NCBI GenBank assembly: GCA_001600695.1
Contig: BCKQ01000002.1
Coordinates: forward strand, 1,561,340-1,625,339
Reading direction: 5' to 3'
DNA: 64,000 nucleotides
From: Ascoidea asiatica JCM 7603
Taxonomy: Eukaryota > Fungi > Ascomycota
Notes under the pieces: model-generated
Told to the model about the DNA's origin: nothing
What the model saw: only the letters and a program-made list of their open reading frames with translations
Databases searched by the model: none
Made by a program: the position numbers and the translations under genes
Shown: positions 43,439 to 57,343 of the stretch, one piece after another
Layout of the letters: every line of letters begins with the position of its first letter
Position numbering within the stretch: the first letter of the stretch is position 1

Positions 43439-43605
43439 TTTTAAAACAATTTAATTTCAATTTAACTTTAATTCAACATTAAATCTTTACATATATAGAA
43501 ATAAACATTTTGTTCCTTATTACATTTTCATTATTTAAAACTCTAAAATATTTATTTGAACTAATCTACACATTATATATTACATTACTTTTTCAAAATC
43601 TTTCT

Positions 43606-45000
43606 TTAATCTTCTAATTCTCCAGGTCGTAAATCATCTTTTTCAATTAATTGAAATCTTTTTTCTTCTTTATCCATTTCTTCATTTAAATCTTGAAGTG
43701 CTTTTTCTTCTTCTTCATTTAATTTACTTAAATCTGGTGGAATTTCATCCATTCTAACACTTGGTGCTCCATTAAGATATCTTAAATTTTCAAGAGTTTG
43801 AATTCTTATACTATCTAAATATTTTCTATTATTTTTATTTTCAAATTTACCTTCAAGATGTGGATGTAATGTACAATCTGGATTAAAAAAATTTCTAAAT
43901 GGTAAATTCATTGGTAATTTATTATTTAATGTTACATTATTCATTATACTTGTTTCATAACACCATAATCTACTAACATTTTTTGGTGTATAACCTCCAC
44001 CTCCAATTACTAACATTGGTAAACCAAATGATTTAATAAATTTAACACATTCTCCATGACCTTTAATATTAAGATTAAATCTACCTAATCTATCATGACC
44101 TAAAGAATCTGCTCCACATTGTTGAACTATAACACTTGGTTGAAATGATGATATTACTGGTTCCATTATTGATTTAAAAAGTTTAACATAAGAATCATCA
44201 TCAATACCATCTCTTAATGGAACATTTATTGCATAATGTTTACCTTTACCAAGTCCAATTTCATCATAATTTCCAGTACCTGGAAAAAATTCAATACCAT
44301 CATATTTATGAAATGAACATGTCATAACTCTATCAGTTGTGAAAAAGGCTTCTTGTACACCATCACCATGATGTAAATCAATATCAATATATAAAACTCT
44401 TGGATAATATCTTAATAAATTTAATATAGATAAAACTATATCATTTACATAACAAAATCCAGAAGGTTCTGCTTTTTTTGCATGATGTAAACCACCAGAC
44501 CAATTTATCGCTATATCTGACATTCCAGATATTAATTTTCTTGTAGCATCTAAAGATCCACCTGCATAAAGTGAACAATAATCATATATACCATCAAATA
44601 CAGGACAATCATCTCCAATATTAAATTTTTTTAATAAATGAGCATATTTTGTTGCATTTTCTGGTGTAATAGTTGAAAGAAATTTAATATAATCTTCTGA
44701 ATGAAATTGTAAAAGTTCATCTCTTGTAGCCTTTCTTGGTAAATAACAATCCATCTTTTGATATAATTTATAACCAGTAATAAGATGATCAGTTAATTTC
44801 AATCGAAATGGTTTCATTGGATGACCAACTCCATAATGATATTGACAAGCATCTGGATTATAATGATAAGAAACACTAGGTTTAAATGGTGTCAGTATTT
44901 CTTCATAAGGTAATGTTTTCTCACTTGTTTTCACATCAGATATAAACGTTGGTTCCAGATCATAATTATTAGCGATTGTATTTACCCATTTCATGGACAT
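43606..45000 (-). CDS. HOS2: Class I histone deacetylase Hos2
   Basis: [58 protein letters not shown]. Confidence 0.93.
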   Translation of the reverse strand: MSMKWVNTIANNYDLEPTFISDVKTSEKTLPYEEILTPFKPSVSYHYNPDACQYHYGVGHPMKPFRLKLTDHLITGYKLYQKMDCYLPRKATRDELLQFHSEDYIKFLSTITPENATKYAHLLKKFNIGDDCPVFDGIYDYCSLYAGGSLDATRKLISGMSDIAINWSGGLHHAKKAEPSGFCYVNDIVLSILNLLRYYPRVLYIDIDLHHGDGVQEAFFTTDRVMTCSFHKYDGIEFFPGTGNYDEIGLGKGKHYAINVPLRDGIDDDSYVKLFKSIMEPVISSFQPSVIVQQCGADSLGHDRLGRFNLNIKGHGECVKFIKSFGLPMLVIGGGGYTPKNVSRLWCYETSIMNNVTLNNKLPMNLPFRNFFNPDCTLHPHLEGKFENKNNRKYLDSIRIQTLENLRYLNGAPSVRMDEIPPDLSKLNEEEEKALQDLNEEMDKEEKRFQLIEKDDLRPGELED

Positions 45001-45400
45001 TTTGAGAAAAAAAAGATGGTTTTATAGTGAATTAAAATTTCAAATTACTGATTTTGGAGTATTTTCGGAAATGAAGAATTAATTTCATTCTATTTCTCTG
45101 TGGATGGTTTTGATTGAATTTAAATTGAAAGATATAAAACCAATCACGTGATCTAGTGTTAAATTTATTGAAATATTCTTGAAATAAATACTTTTTAATA
45201 CTTTTTAATACTTTTTAATACTTTTAAGAGTAAAAAATAAAAGTTTAATGGGTTTTTATTAAAGAAGATACAAAGAAGAAATGCAAAATGTTGATACAAA
45301 GTAAAAAAAAAGATTCTATTAGTCATTATACCCGAAAGTGAGTGTTTCTATTTTATTTAAAATATAGGAGGAGGATTTGTAGGTTAATTATTTATCATCA

Positions 45401-47856
45401 TTACATGTCAATTTCATCTTTAAAGCTTAAAATATCGTCAACTCTCATTCCATTAATATCTGAATGAACATAATCATCAATATCAATGTCACCTAGAGAT
45501 TGAATTATTTCTTGGCCTTGAGTTTCTCCATCTAAAGAAAATTCCAAATCATTATCTTGTTCATCTATTTCAATATCAATGTCAATATCAATGTCCTTAT
45601 TATTATCATTATCGATATTATTATCAAAATTTGCTTTATTTTTAGGTTTTGTATCGTCTTTTGTTGCAACTAAAATTAATTCTCTTGACCGTATACTACC
45701 AACTAAATCTGGAATTAAAGAAAAAAGTTTTGAAGGTGCCATAATACCTAAAAGATTATTCATCGATGCAAATTTAACAGCTTCTTTTAATGATCTAGTG
45801 CATGGTTCCTCACAAAACTCATTATCTATTTCGAATCCATGAGCTGTTGTTACTTTGAATTCTCTTAGTTCATTATTATATCTTACCCCACCCATATTGA
45901 AAAATACTGGATAATTAGGTTGTTTCCAGTTTAATATTGTACAAACAATTGGATTGCAAGATGAAAATATTATAGGTCTTGATTTATTTGTAAATAAATT
46001 GGATTCACTATCACCACCAGATCTAACATGATCAAAAATTGTTTTCAAAAGTGTATCTATAAATTTATTAAGACATAAATTATTTATTGGATCCCCCTTA
46101 AGTTTTATTTCTGTATTAGAATCTGAAGATATGAGACCAGAATATGAACCAATTGAAAAACTTTTAAAAAAATTTTTAATTTCAAAATTTGTTGGATAGA
46201 TTATTTCAAGATTTAAAGAAAGATTTGTTGATAAATATTTAAGTACAAAATCTAATGGTAGATAACAATTTTTAATAATTTTTTGAATTGATTTTAGACT
46301 TCCAATAGAATTTGAATCAAAATTTAATTTAGAAATTTCAATTAATTTATTTTTAATATCATCAAAATTATAAAGATTTTTTGTTAATCTTTTTAATTCT
46401 TTACAACTGAAATTAATTAAAGGTAAATCTATTCCAGTTTCAGTAGTTATAAATGGTTTTGGACAAACTACTGGATTTCCATCATTTAGAATACAAACAA
46501 ATAATTTTAAAAAATTACCTGATAAAGAAGAAGCAGTTACAAATGAAAGAACTGAGGTTGAAGTTATACCAGATGTATTATTAATATTAGTGTTTGTATT
46601 AGCATTTTGATCAGTTGTTTTCCAATATGTATCATATTTTGTAATTTCTAATGGAATTCCAGAATATGGATGAATAATTTGATATTTAAATCTTAATTCT
46701 CCAATATTTTTTAATCTTACATCAAATAATGGTAATAAAACTTCACCAGTTCCATCAAGATTTATAGTATTATTATTATAATTATAATCATTATTATTAC
46801 TATTTGAAAATAAACTTGATAAAGCAGCAGTTTTTGCAATAAGTTTTGTACCAAAAGTTGGAAATAATTCAAATTCAATTGAAAAATTATCATCAATTTT
46901 ATCAATTTGAAACAGAACAAATTTATCATTATCATTAATTGGCCATAAAATATTTCTAGGAATAACATCAGAAGATTTTGAACTTATAGTAATTCTACCA
47001 GGTACAACACTAATATCAGGAATATTTGAATAATTATTAAAACCATATGAATTTGAAAACAGAGAATCATAATATCTTTTTTTAAAAAATTTTAATGAAT
47101 TTTTTTCAGGTAAAAAAATTAATTGTAAAAAAATTTTTTTTTCTAAAAAATTATGACCATATTTACGTAATGGAATTATTGGAGGTGGTAAAGATAAATC
47201 TGGAATTGAATCTAAATTTACTGGAGTTTGAATATCATTTGGAGTTAAAAAATTTGAATTTGAACTTGGTAATGAATTTGCAGGAGTTATAATATTATCA
47301 TTATTATCATTATTTTTATTTTCAGAATTATTTGTCATTTTAACATATTCAGCAATTGTTAATGGTTTTGATTTTGGATTCATGAAACTATTATCAGTAT
47401 TATTATTATTTAAAGAAGAGAATTTTTTAAGTAAAACATTAAGTGGTTTTATATGACCTTCCCAAGAAGCATGATATAAAGGAGAAAAACCATTTGAATC
47501 TTTTAAATTAATATTTGCACCAAATTTAATTAATTCATTTGTTGTTCTTGGATGACCATGAGAAGCAGAATAAAAAATTGGAGTCCATTTATTAAAAGAA
47601 TCAATTTGATTTGGATTTAAATTACCTTTATTAATTAATAAAGAAATAATTTTATAATGACCTTTAATTGAGATAATATGTAAAGGTAATAAACCTTGAA
47701 CATTTTCAGAAATTTTAGAAATAATTTTTGAATATTTTTGATCTAATAATTTATTTATAATATCATAATTACCAAATTCACAAGCATAATTTAAAGCAAG
47801 ATATTTTGGTAAATTTGTATCATATTTTAATTTTTTTTTTGAATCTTCGAAGTTAA

Positions 47857-47896
<40 letters not shown>

Positions 47897-49173
47897 TTTA
47901 ATAATTATATTTTCTTTTGATAAAATAAAATCTAATAAATAAATCATTGTATTTAAATTATTATTTGAAATTGATAATAATAATGGAGTTAAAGAATTAT
48001 TATCAACAATTGAATAATTTGGATAAAATTTTAAAAAAATTGGTAATAAATCAATTCTACCAAATTGACAAGCATAATGTAATGGAATTTTACTATTTGA
48101 ATCTTTTTGTTTTAATAAATTTATTAAATTTTTTTCATTTAAAATTATTTCAACTAAGAATAATCTTGAATTTGAGTTTAAATTATTATTTATTTTGTCA
48201 TCTATTTTGTTATTTGAGTTATTTGAGTTATTAAAATCTTTGGTATTATTATTATTAGTAGCTGTAGTTGTATTAATTGAAGATAAAGATTTTGAATTTA
48301 AAGTATTATTTATTGAAATTAAAGAAGAAGGAGCCGCTGATATTATATTAACTTTATTATTATTATTGTTATTATTATTATTATTAGTGGCGGTGGTGGT
48401 TATGGCAGTAGCAGTAGTAGTGGTGGTAATGGTAGTGGTAGTTTTTATAATATTTGAGGAAGTAATTTGATGTAATAAATTTTTATTTGAGATTATATCA
48501 ATATAATTTAAATTTATAAGATCTTTAAAGAAATCATAAAATTTTTTTAAGAAACAATCTAAGATTGGAGTTGAAATTGATAAGAAAAAAATTTTAGAAA
48601 TATTTTTAATTTTTTTATAATTTGATAATTTTTTAAACCAATTATTTAATAAAATTTCTTCATTATTATTTGATAAAGATATATTTAAGAATTCTGAATA
48701 TAATTCATCAGTTTCTCTTGAATCATCATTTATTTTTAAATTATTTATAATTTTATTTTTATTATTAGCGGTATTGGCGTTATTGTTATTTGTATTGTTA
48801 TTTGTATTGTTATTTGTATTTGTATCGGCGCTATTATTATTATTATTATTATTATTACTATTATTATTTAAATTTTCACCATCTTGAAATGCTTCTAATT
48901 GTAATAAAGAATTTGAAACATGATCAGATAATTGATTAATTTGATCTCTATGAAATACAGGTTGAATATTTATTGTAGTTGAGATATAAATTTCTTTTAA
49001 ATGAGATTTTGATCTTTTATCCCATTTTTTTAAAATTTTTCTAAAACCAGTTTCATTTAATTCAACAAATTGAGATAATCTATCAAGATCTTTATTAAAT
49101 TTTTGAAAATTATTAAATAAATTTTGAAAAGATATTGAATCATTATCAAAATCTAAATCATTTATATCATTAA

Positions 49174-49208
<35 letters not shown>

Positions 49209-49576
49209 GATGATGAAGATGAGGAAGAAGGTGAAGATAAAGTAGATAATAATGTTTTTTTCTTTTGAATTAAAATATCTAATTTTAATTTTAAATCAGC
49301 TTCTTTTTCAATATAAAAATTATTAACTTTTTCTAATTCTCTTTCAATTCTAAAAAAAAAACTAGCATTATTTTCTTTTAATAATAATTCAACTTGTTTA
49401 TTATTAAAATCAATTTTATTTGAAATATTATTATCAATTGAGGATTGAAGTGAATTTACTGTATTTATAGTTGCTAAAGATTTAATTAATTTCTTTAAAG
49501 ATTTATAATTCATAAAATATGGTAAATATTCAGGTAATTGTAATTTTCTAGCTTCTAGATATTTACCATATTTCAT
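45401..49576 (-). CDS. PHO81: CDK inhibitor Pho81 (SPX-ankyrin-degenerate GDPD)
   Basis: MKYGKYLEARKLQLPEY SPX start, KILKKWDKRSKS, ankyrin repeats, LPPPIIPLRKYGHNFL, LNWKQPNYPVFF. Confidence 0.93.
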
Positions 49577-49869
49577 TTTGTTTTATTATTAAATTTTGAT
49601 ATTAGATTATGATAGTGAATGAATGAATGAATAAATCTATAAATGATTCTATGATTCTATGATTCTATGATTATAGAATATGAGTAATTGAATATTTATT
49701 TGAAAGGAGATTGATTTGAATTGAATAGAATATAATTGAATAAAAATAATATATGATTAAAACAATAGAATAATAGAAATAATACAAATGTTAAAAGAAG
49801 AAAAAGAAGAAAAAGAAGAAAAAGAAGCAGAATCTGAGGAAATTGAGGAAATTGAGGAATCTGAAACTG

Positions 49870-50260
49870 AAAATGCTTGGATTTGGCTGTGGATGGTCCA
49901 GGGACCGGAACAGGTCCACTGTTCTGGTCTCACTCCGGGATGTACAAACATGCAGTCTAGTGTATCATGGAACACCTGGCTGCACCAGAGAGCCCACGTT
50001 CTCTGATTCTGTGCTCTTATTGGCCAGAGCACCACGTTTTCCATTAACACCATGTCACTGGTTTAGGTGCTTCCAAAAAGGGGTATCACCCACAAAACTG
50101 GATTTGAATCCGCAGGGCTGTGTGCGCTGCTGCGTTCCACTGTGGAATTACTGCTGGTGACGTAGCCCGCCGAGGAATGAGCTGCTCTGCGTTCTTCCCG
50201 CACGTGATCTCTCCGACTCTCTCAAACTCTCGTTTTAGCAACAGTAATAAAAATACCTGC
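49870..50260. promoter_or_regulatory. GC-rich divergent PHO81/ANP1 promoter with E-boxes
   Basis: CACGTT 49995-50000 and 50033-50038; CACGTG 50201-50206. Confidence 0.55.
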
Positions 50261-50275
50261 CAGTTTTCTCACTTT

Positions 50276-50328
50276 CACTTCTCTCACTTCTCTCACTTCT
50301 CTCACTTCTCTCACTTCTCTCACTTCTC
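50276..50328. repeat. 9-bp tandem repeat CACTTCTCT x~6
   Basis: Read directly. Confidence 0.85.
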
Positions 50329-50572
50329 GCAGCTGATTTGATTTATTTTCGTTTAAATTCACTTGAAATTAAATTTAGCTTTAAATGGTTTATTTTTATT
50401 TTCAACACCTGTAACTTATAATCTGAAAATATCTATTGTCAAATTATTAAATTTTAAATAAAGAACAATATAAAACTTTTCAATTATCAATTATTAGTTA
50501 TTGATATAAAATAATAAAAGGATCATTTTTTTCTTATACTTTTTTTTTTTTCTCTTATGGCCCAATATATAA

Positions 50573-52498
50573 ATGAATCATCCTTTTTTCAGGTATGTAA
50601 AATATATTATTAAAACTATATCCTATTTTATACCTAGTATATATATATATTAAAAATTATTTTTAACTAACATTATTTAAAAAAGACCAATAATTAAAAA
50701 ATCCTCAAAGGGTAATTTTAATAAAAGTTATAAAAATCTAAAATATATTTTAGTTTTTTCAATTTTATTATTAATTTTAATTTTTTTTTTATTAAAAATT
50801 TTAAATTTTTTTAATATATTTAAAGTAATTTTAAATATTATAAATTTTTCAATATTTAAAAAAATATTTAATAATTATAATAATTATTATTATAATAATA
50901 ATAATTATATTGATAATAATCTTTATAAACCAAATTTAAATGATATACCAAATGTTAAATTTTTTGATTTAAAAAATTATCAAGGTTCAAAAAATGGTTG
51001 GCAAAATTTTGAAAAAGTTTTATTTTGTGTACCTTTAAGAGATGCAGAATCTCATTTACCAATGTTTTTTAATCATATGAGAAATTTAACTTATCCACAT
51101 AATTTAATTGATTTAGCATTTTTAGTATCTGATTCAAAAGATAATACAATGGATTCTTTAAGATCTCATTTAGAAGATATACAAAATGATTCAAATATTA
51201 ATTTACATTTTGGTGAAATTGAAATTTTTGAAAAAGATTTTGGACAAATTATTGGTCAAGGATTTTCTGATAGACATGGTTTTGAAGCTCAAGGTCCAAG
51301 AAGAAAATTAATGGCAAGAGCAAGAAATTGGTTATGGACTGTAGCTTTAAAACCAAATCATTCATGGATTTATTGGAGAGATGCTGATGTTGAAACTGTA
51401 CCTCCAACAATTATTGAAGATTTAATGCATCATAATAAAGATGTTATTGTACCAAATGTTTGGAGACCATTACCTGATTGGTTAGGTAATCAACAACCAT
51501 ATGATTTAAATTCATGGCAAGAAAGTGATGGAGGTTTACAATTAGCAAATTCATTAGATGAAAATGCTGTAATTGTTGAAGGTTATGTTGAATATGCCAC
51601 TTGGAGACCACATTTAGCTTATTTAAGAGATCCAAATGGTGATCCAGAAGTTGAAATGCCTTTAGATGGTATTGGAGGAGTTTCAATATTATCAAAAGCA
51701 AATGTATTTAAAAGTGGAGCACATTTTCCTGCATTTTCATTTGAAAAACATGCAGAAACTGAAGCATTTGGTAAAATGTGTAAAAAAATGAATTTTAATG
51801 TTTTTGGTTTACCACATTATGTAATTTGGCATATTTATGAACCAAGTACAGATGATTTAAAACATATGGAATGGATGGCAAAAGAAGAATTAAGACAAAA
51901 AGAAGAACAAAAATTAAAAGAAATTTATGATAAATCATGGATTGAAAGATTTGAAGATGTTCAAGATTCTTGGAAATCTGATAGAATTAATATTTTAAAA
52001 AATACAGATATGACAAGACATAGAAATATTATTGTTGATTGGTCTGATGATGATATTATTGATAATAATAATAATAATGATAATAATGAAAAAATTAAAG
52101 ATGATAATAATGAAAAAATTAATAAAGGTATACCACCTGCTCAACCTCCAAGACAAAAAGATTTATTACCTGAAGAAAAATTATTTGTTGATGAATCTTT
52201 AATTGAAAATCAAAAAGGTATTGTAAAAGATATTTTATCAGATAATAAATTAGATACTCAAAAAGATAACAAAATAGATAATCAAAAAGACAATAAAAAT
52301 GATATTCAATTGGATAATAAAATAGACAATGAAATAAAGAATAATAATAATAACAAAGATATTAATAACAATAATAAAGATAATAGTAACAATAATAAAG
52401 ATAATAATATTCAAGTAGATAATTCTAAAAATCAAAATCAAAATCAAAATCAAAATCAAAATCAAAAAGAAGATAATAATATAAAACCAGATAATTGA
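50573..52498 (+). CDS. ANP1: Mannan polymerase II subunit Anp1 (GT62), two exons, ~610 aa
   Basis: RHGFEAQGPRRKLMARARNW, WRDADVE, PDWLGNQQPYDLNSW, DDLKHMEWMA. Frame is open upstream of the track ATG (51062) through a TM segment. Model: exon1 50573-50592; intron 50593-50685 (GTATGT, AACTAAC 50665-50671, AAG); exon2 50686-52498. Alternative model in findings. Confidence 0.9.
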
Positions 52499-53005
52499 TA
52501 ATACACACTCAAATTATTATCATTATGAATATATTAATATATTAATATAATAATATAATATAATATAATATAATATAAGATATATATACAAAATAAGTTT
52601 TTTTTTTGTATTTTTTGTATTTTTTGTTCGTTTTTGTTAGTCTTTTTTTTCATCTATATTCTTGCATTAATAATTTTTTATTTATTAACGTTTTATCTTT
52701 TAATTTACATGTATATTACTTAATTATTCTTCCAAAGCTAATAACCATTACAATTTCAATTATTTTTTATCCTTTTTCTTCTCTTTTTAATACACTTTTG
52801 AAAAATAACAATGATAATAATGATCGTGTCACGTGCGAGTCCATTTCCATGGGTCTTCTTTTTTTAAATTCTTTGATTTTAATTTTCATTGGCTGAGTTC
52901 AATGAAAACGAATAAAAGAAAAGAAAAGAAATGAAAAGAAATGAAATGAAATGAAAAGAAGTTGATTGAAGTTGATTGAAAGAGATATATTTATTGAATA
53001 TAATA

Positions 53006-54607
53006 ATGTTTATGTTTAATAACATATATCCAATTAAAACTTCAATCAAATGCTCAATTATAAAGTCAAGGTTAAGATCAGTTAATAGTTATAATAAACT
53101 TATATTACTAAAAAGAATTAATCAAAACAATAATAAATTAAATAAACTTTTTATATCCAATTCATCTTATAATCTTAATAATAATCTTAATAATAAATTT
53201 AATAATAAAGAGAATGAAAATTTTAAAAATATAAAAGAAACTTTGAATTGTGATTTTAAATTTTTAATTTATGATAATGTTTTATTTCAAAATTGTTTAT
53301 CAATAGAAGAATTAATAATTCAAGTATTTTTATCAAGAATTGAGATTCATATAAAAAAAAATGTAAATAAATTTAAAGAAGATAATAAACCTTTAATAAA
53401 TAATAATAATAATAATAATAATGAATTAAAAGATATTGAAACTATCACTGAAGATATTGAATATAATGAAAAAGATATTAAGATTATAAATGATTTTTTT
53501 AAAGATTCAAATAATCTTTTATTATTTAATAAATTATTTGAAGAAAAATTTAATAAAGAATGGTATAATAATATAAATTTTGAAGAATTATTAGAAAATA
53601 TTAATAAAAAAGATATTGAAAAATTAAATGAATTTGAATTTCAAGAATTTAAAATTTTTAATTATATTTTTATAAAAATTTTACCAAGAAAATATAAAAA
53701 TTTATGTAAAGAAATATTTTCAATAAAAATTTATAATAAAAATTATAATAAAAATTTATATTCAAATTTTTTAATAATTATTCAATTAAATAAATTTTTA
53801 AAAAATTCATTATATAATAGTATTGGATCATTTAATAAAAAATTAATTAAAGAAATTAGATTTACAAAAAAATTTAATTTTGGATTAATTTTAAGTGAAA
53901 ATTGGATTAAAGGTAATATTTATGAATTTTCAAAATTTTTAAAAAATTATTTTGAAATAAAAAATTTAAATGAGATAATTTTTTTAAATAAAAAAGAAAT
54001 AAATTTAAAATTTAATAAAAAAAAATTTAAAGATGATAAAAATGAATTAATTTTAAAATTTAAAAAAATTAATATAATTAATTTATCAAGACCAATTTTT
54101 TTAAATAATAAAAAATTTAATTTAAATAAAGAAATTAAAGAAATTAAAGAAAATTCATTTAAAGAATTTTTTAAAAAAAAATTAAAAATAAATTTAATTT
54201 ATTTAATATTTTCAAAAGAAATAAAAAATGATAATAATAATAATTATAATTATAATTTAATTGATAAATTAAATTTAATTGGTGAAAAATTAAATATTAA
54301 AACTATTTATATTACAAATGGTGATAATAATTTTAATAATATTAATGAAATTTCAAATATTGAAGAATTAATAATAAATTTTAAAAATTTTAAAAAAAAT
54401 TATGATATTTTAAATTGTAAAAAAATTTATTTAAATCTTTTAAATTTAGATAAAATTATTTTAAAAAATAATAAAGAATTACTTGAATTAATTAAAATTT
54501 TCAATGATAAAATAATTTATATGAAAGAAGAAGTTACAGATAATAATCAAAAATTAAATAAATTCTCAGAGGCAGCAGAATTAGTTGCAAAAGATAATAA
54601 ATATTAG
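53006..54607 (+). CDS. Uncharacterised extremely AT-rich protein, possibly mitochondrial
   Basis: 533 codons open from ATG 53006 despite extreme AT content; basic, acid-free N-terminus resembling a presequence. Confidence 0.7.
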   Translation: MFMFNNIYPIKTSIKCSIIKSRLRSVNSYNKLILLKRINQNNNKLNKLFISNSSYNLNNNLNNKFNNKENENFKNIKETLNCDFKFLIYDNVLFQNCLSIEELIIQVFLSRIEIHIKKNVNKFKEDNKPLINNNNNNNNELKDIETITEDIEYNEKDIKIINDFFKDSNNLLLFNKLFEEKFNKEWYNNINFEELLENINKKDIEKLNEFEFQEFKIFNYIFIKILPRKYKNLCKEIFSIKIYNKNYNKNLYSNFLIIIQLNKFLKNSLYNSIGSFNKKLIKEIRFTKKFNFGLILSENWIKGNIYEFSKFLKNYFEIKNLNEIIFLNKKEINLKFNKKKFKDDKNELILKFKKINIINLSRPIFLNNKKFNLNKEIKEIKENSFKEFFKKKLKINLIYLIFSKEIKNDNNNNYNYNLIDKLNLIGEKLNIKTIYITNGDNNFNNINEISNIEELIINFKNFKKNYDILNCKKIYLNLLNLDKIILKNNKELLELIKIFNDKIIYMKEEVTDNNQKLNKFSEAAELVAKDNKY

Positions 54608-54689
54608 TATTAGTATTAGTATTAGTATATAGGGTATTATATAGGATATTATATAGGATATTATATAGGGCAATGGACATGAATATACA

Positions 54690-55340
54690 GGACGTACTGT
54701 CCTACAAGCTATTTAAGCTTTTCTGGGCTTGGAACAAAAAAAACTCGAGAAAAAAAACTGGAAAATGCTTGATTTTTTTGACTTGAAGTCTTGGTGCAGG
54801 AGCACGTGACAGCCAAGCCCTGATTGTCAACAACGAGCACGTGACTTCACTGCTAAACTTCCTTTGTTTTTACGAGCAGCGCCGAAACTGAAATTTTTCC
54901 CGTGAAATTTGCCCATGCTTTAATCCCGGTCGCGGTGGAGATTCTGCTTGGAAACAGCACCCTGCCGCCGTGTGCGCACGCCAGTCCAAACGGTGCCCGG
55001 AGACAAACTCCATTCGGTAATGAGTCTATAAATAGCTCGCCGGTGCGGATTACGCCACCGCACAATGGAGTATGGAACCAAGAAAAACCGCGTCGAGAAC
55101 TGTTTTAGGCTGTTTTGTTGCCGGATATCGGATCTGGAATAGCAGAAAACAGGGACCCTCCTGCCAAAAGAGTAGAAAACACTGGCGTATTTGTGGCGTA
55201 GACCTGAGGTCTCGGCCCACTGCTGCAGCACACCCCTGTGGCAGTCCAACAAACTGCCGCTGCTGTTTCCGATTCTTTGTGGTCTTGGCCCGCTGAGACT
55301 GGGCGATTTACCTGCCGCATTTGGCTCGCAGATATTCCGT
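54690..55340. promoter_or_regulatory. GC-rich island upstream of SKG6 with duplicated GAGCACGTGAC (Cbf1-type)
   Basis: 31/60 G+C in 54901-54960; identical 11-mers at 54800-54810 and 54835-54845. Confidence 0.55.
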
Positions 55341-56227
55341 TAAGAAATACGGTTAATTTGAATATAATATTTATATTTTGAATATTTGAATATTTCACTA
55401 TTTCACTATTTCACTGATAATATCAATAATATCAACAATATCAACAATATCAACAAGTTAATAAAAAGAAAAAGAAAAGGAAAAGAAGACAGTAAAATCT
55501 TAAAGCTATCTGAAATTTAGCTCTTTTATTTAACAAAACTCCAAGATTTACTTGTCTCCTTCTAGACTTTCACCCAAATCTATCTTTAAACTCCAGCATT
55601 ATCATTGTAATCCTTCATATTCTTAATATTCTTCACTCGTTTACTCTCTCAATCACTCTCTCTCTCACTTTCTTTAATCTCATTGTTTTCTTTCTACTAC
55701 GACAACTTATTAACTATTTTATCAATTATATACCAATTTATATCAAAATCCAATAAAACAAATAAAACATATATCAAAATTATAATCTAATCTAATCTGA
55801 GAGCAAATATTTTCTTCTAAAAGTTATCAAATTATCCAACTAATTGTCTTTCGTTTATCACTACAAAAACATTCTTTTCTTTTCTTTTCTTAACTTTACT
55901 TTACTTTACTTTACTTTTTTCTCAAATCCAAAAAAAAAAATTCAATAATATATATTAATAACTATTTATTAATTATAATTGAAATCTGGTGAAATTTTAT
56001 TACAATTACTTTCTTTCCTTAAGTTTTGTTTTAATTCTCAATCAATCACTCTTTTTAAAATTTTTTAAGAAAACAAATTTTATTCCTTTCTTTTCTCTCA
56101 TTTTTAATGCGACTTAACAGTAAATTGAATTATTAAATTATTTTATTATTATTTTTATTTTAATTTTAATTTTAATTTTTATTTAAATTTTTATTTATCT
56201 TTTTTTATCTGATTTTTAACTCTAAAA

Positions 56228-57302
56228 ATGGCTGGTGGTATTTTGAGTATTATTTCAATCACTGAAAATAATGAATCTCCAAATCCTTTTCAATCTTTAA
56301 TTCCGGAACCTTTGAAAAATTATCATCATAAACATATAATTCCTTCTCATCAAATTTATGATAACAATAATAATAATAATAATAATCATGATTTTCAATC
56401 TTCTAATTCAAATCCAATTCTTTTACCAAGAATGCCATTTCCAAAAAAAGATGATGATGATGATGACGATGATGATGATTCTTCTTCTTCTTCTTTTGAT
56501 TCAACTGGTTTAACTGTTGGTTTATCTGTTAGTGTTCCAATTATTATTTTTATGATATTTTTAGGATTTTTTTATTATATAAATTATAAAAAAAATAAAC
56601 AAGAAGAAAAAGAATTTTTAGATGATCCTGATTTTGCAAATGATGATATAACTGATTTACCTGATTTAAAACCACAAAAATTACCAATAAATAAATCTAA
56701 TTCTCAATCAAATTTATCTTATTTATCTAAAAGTAATACTGATTTAAGTATTAATATTAATATTAATAATAATAATAACTCTTTAAATACTGGTCTTAAT
56801 AATGATGATACAATCTCCGTTCATACTTTTAAATATGATGCAATTGTTTTACCAACTGATGGTCATAATGAATCAAGAAATTTTCTTGATGAATATGCTA
56901 AAGTTTTAGGTACTGGAAACTCTCCATATAATAGTGCAAATTCATCTGTAACAAATTTAAAAAATTTAAATTCTCCAAATTCTCATTTAAATTTATCAAA
57001 TAGATTTAATTCTTCTTCTATTACAAATTTACCTTCTCCATTAAATGAAAAAGCTTTTTCAAATCGTTCTTCTGATACTTCAAATTCAAATAATACTTTA
57101 AATTCAAATAATCATTTAGATAATAATAATTATAATAAAAATGATATTCATGAAGAAAAATCAAGTGATATTAGTACAAGTACAGTAATGGATTCTCCAA
57201 TTATTGATATTAAACAAAAAAATCCATTTAGTGATAGTAATCAACCAACTCCAAAAAATGTTAATAATCTTCATAATAATCAAGATATTGATGATTATGA
57301 TG

Positions 57303-57343
<41 letters not shown>

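Noticed and set aside
49788-50006. 72-aa ATG ORF with EEK/EEI repeats
   Set aside because: Formed by 9-bp tandem repeats running into the GC island of the PHO81 promoter; no other coding evidence.
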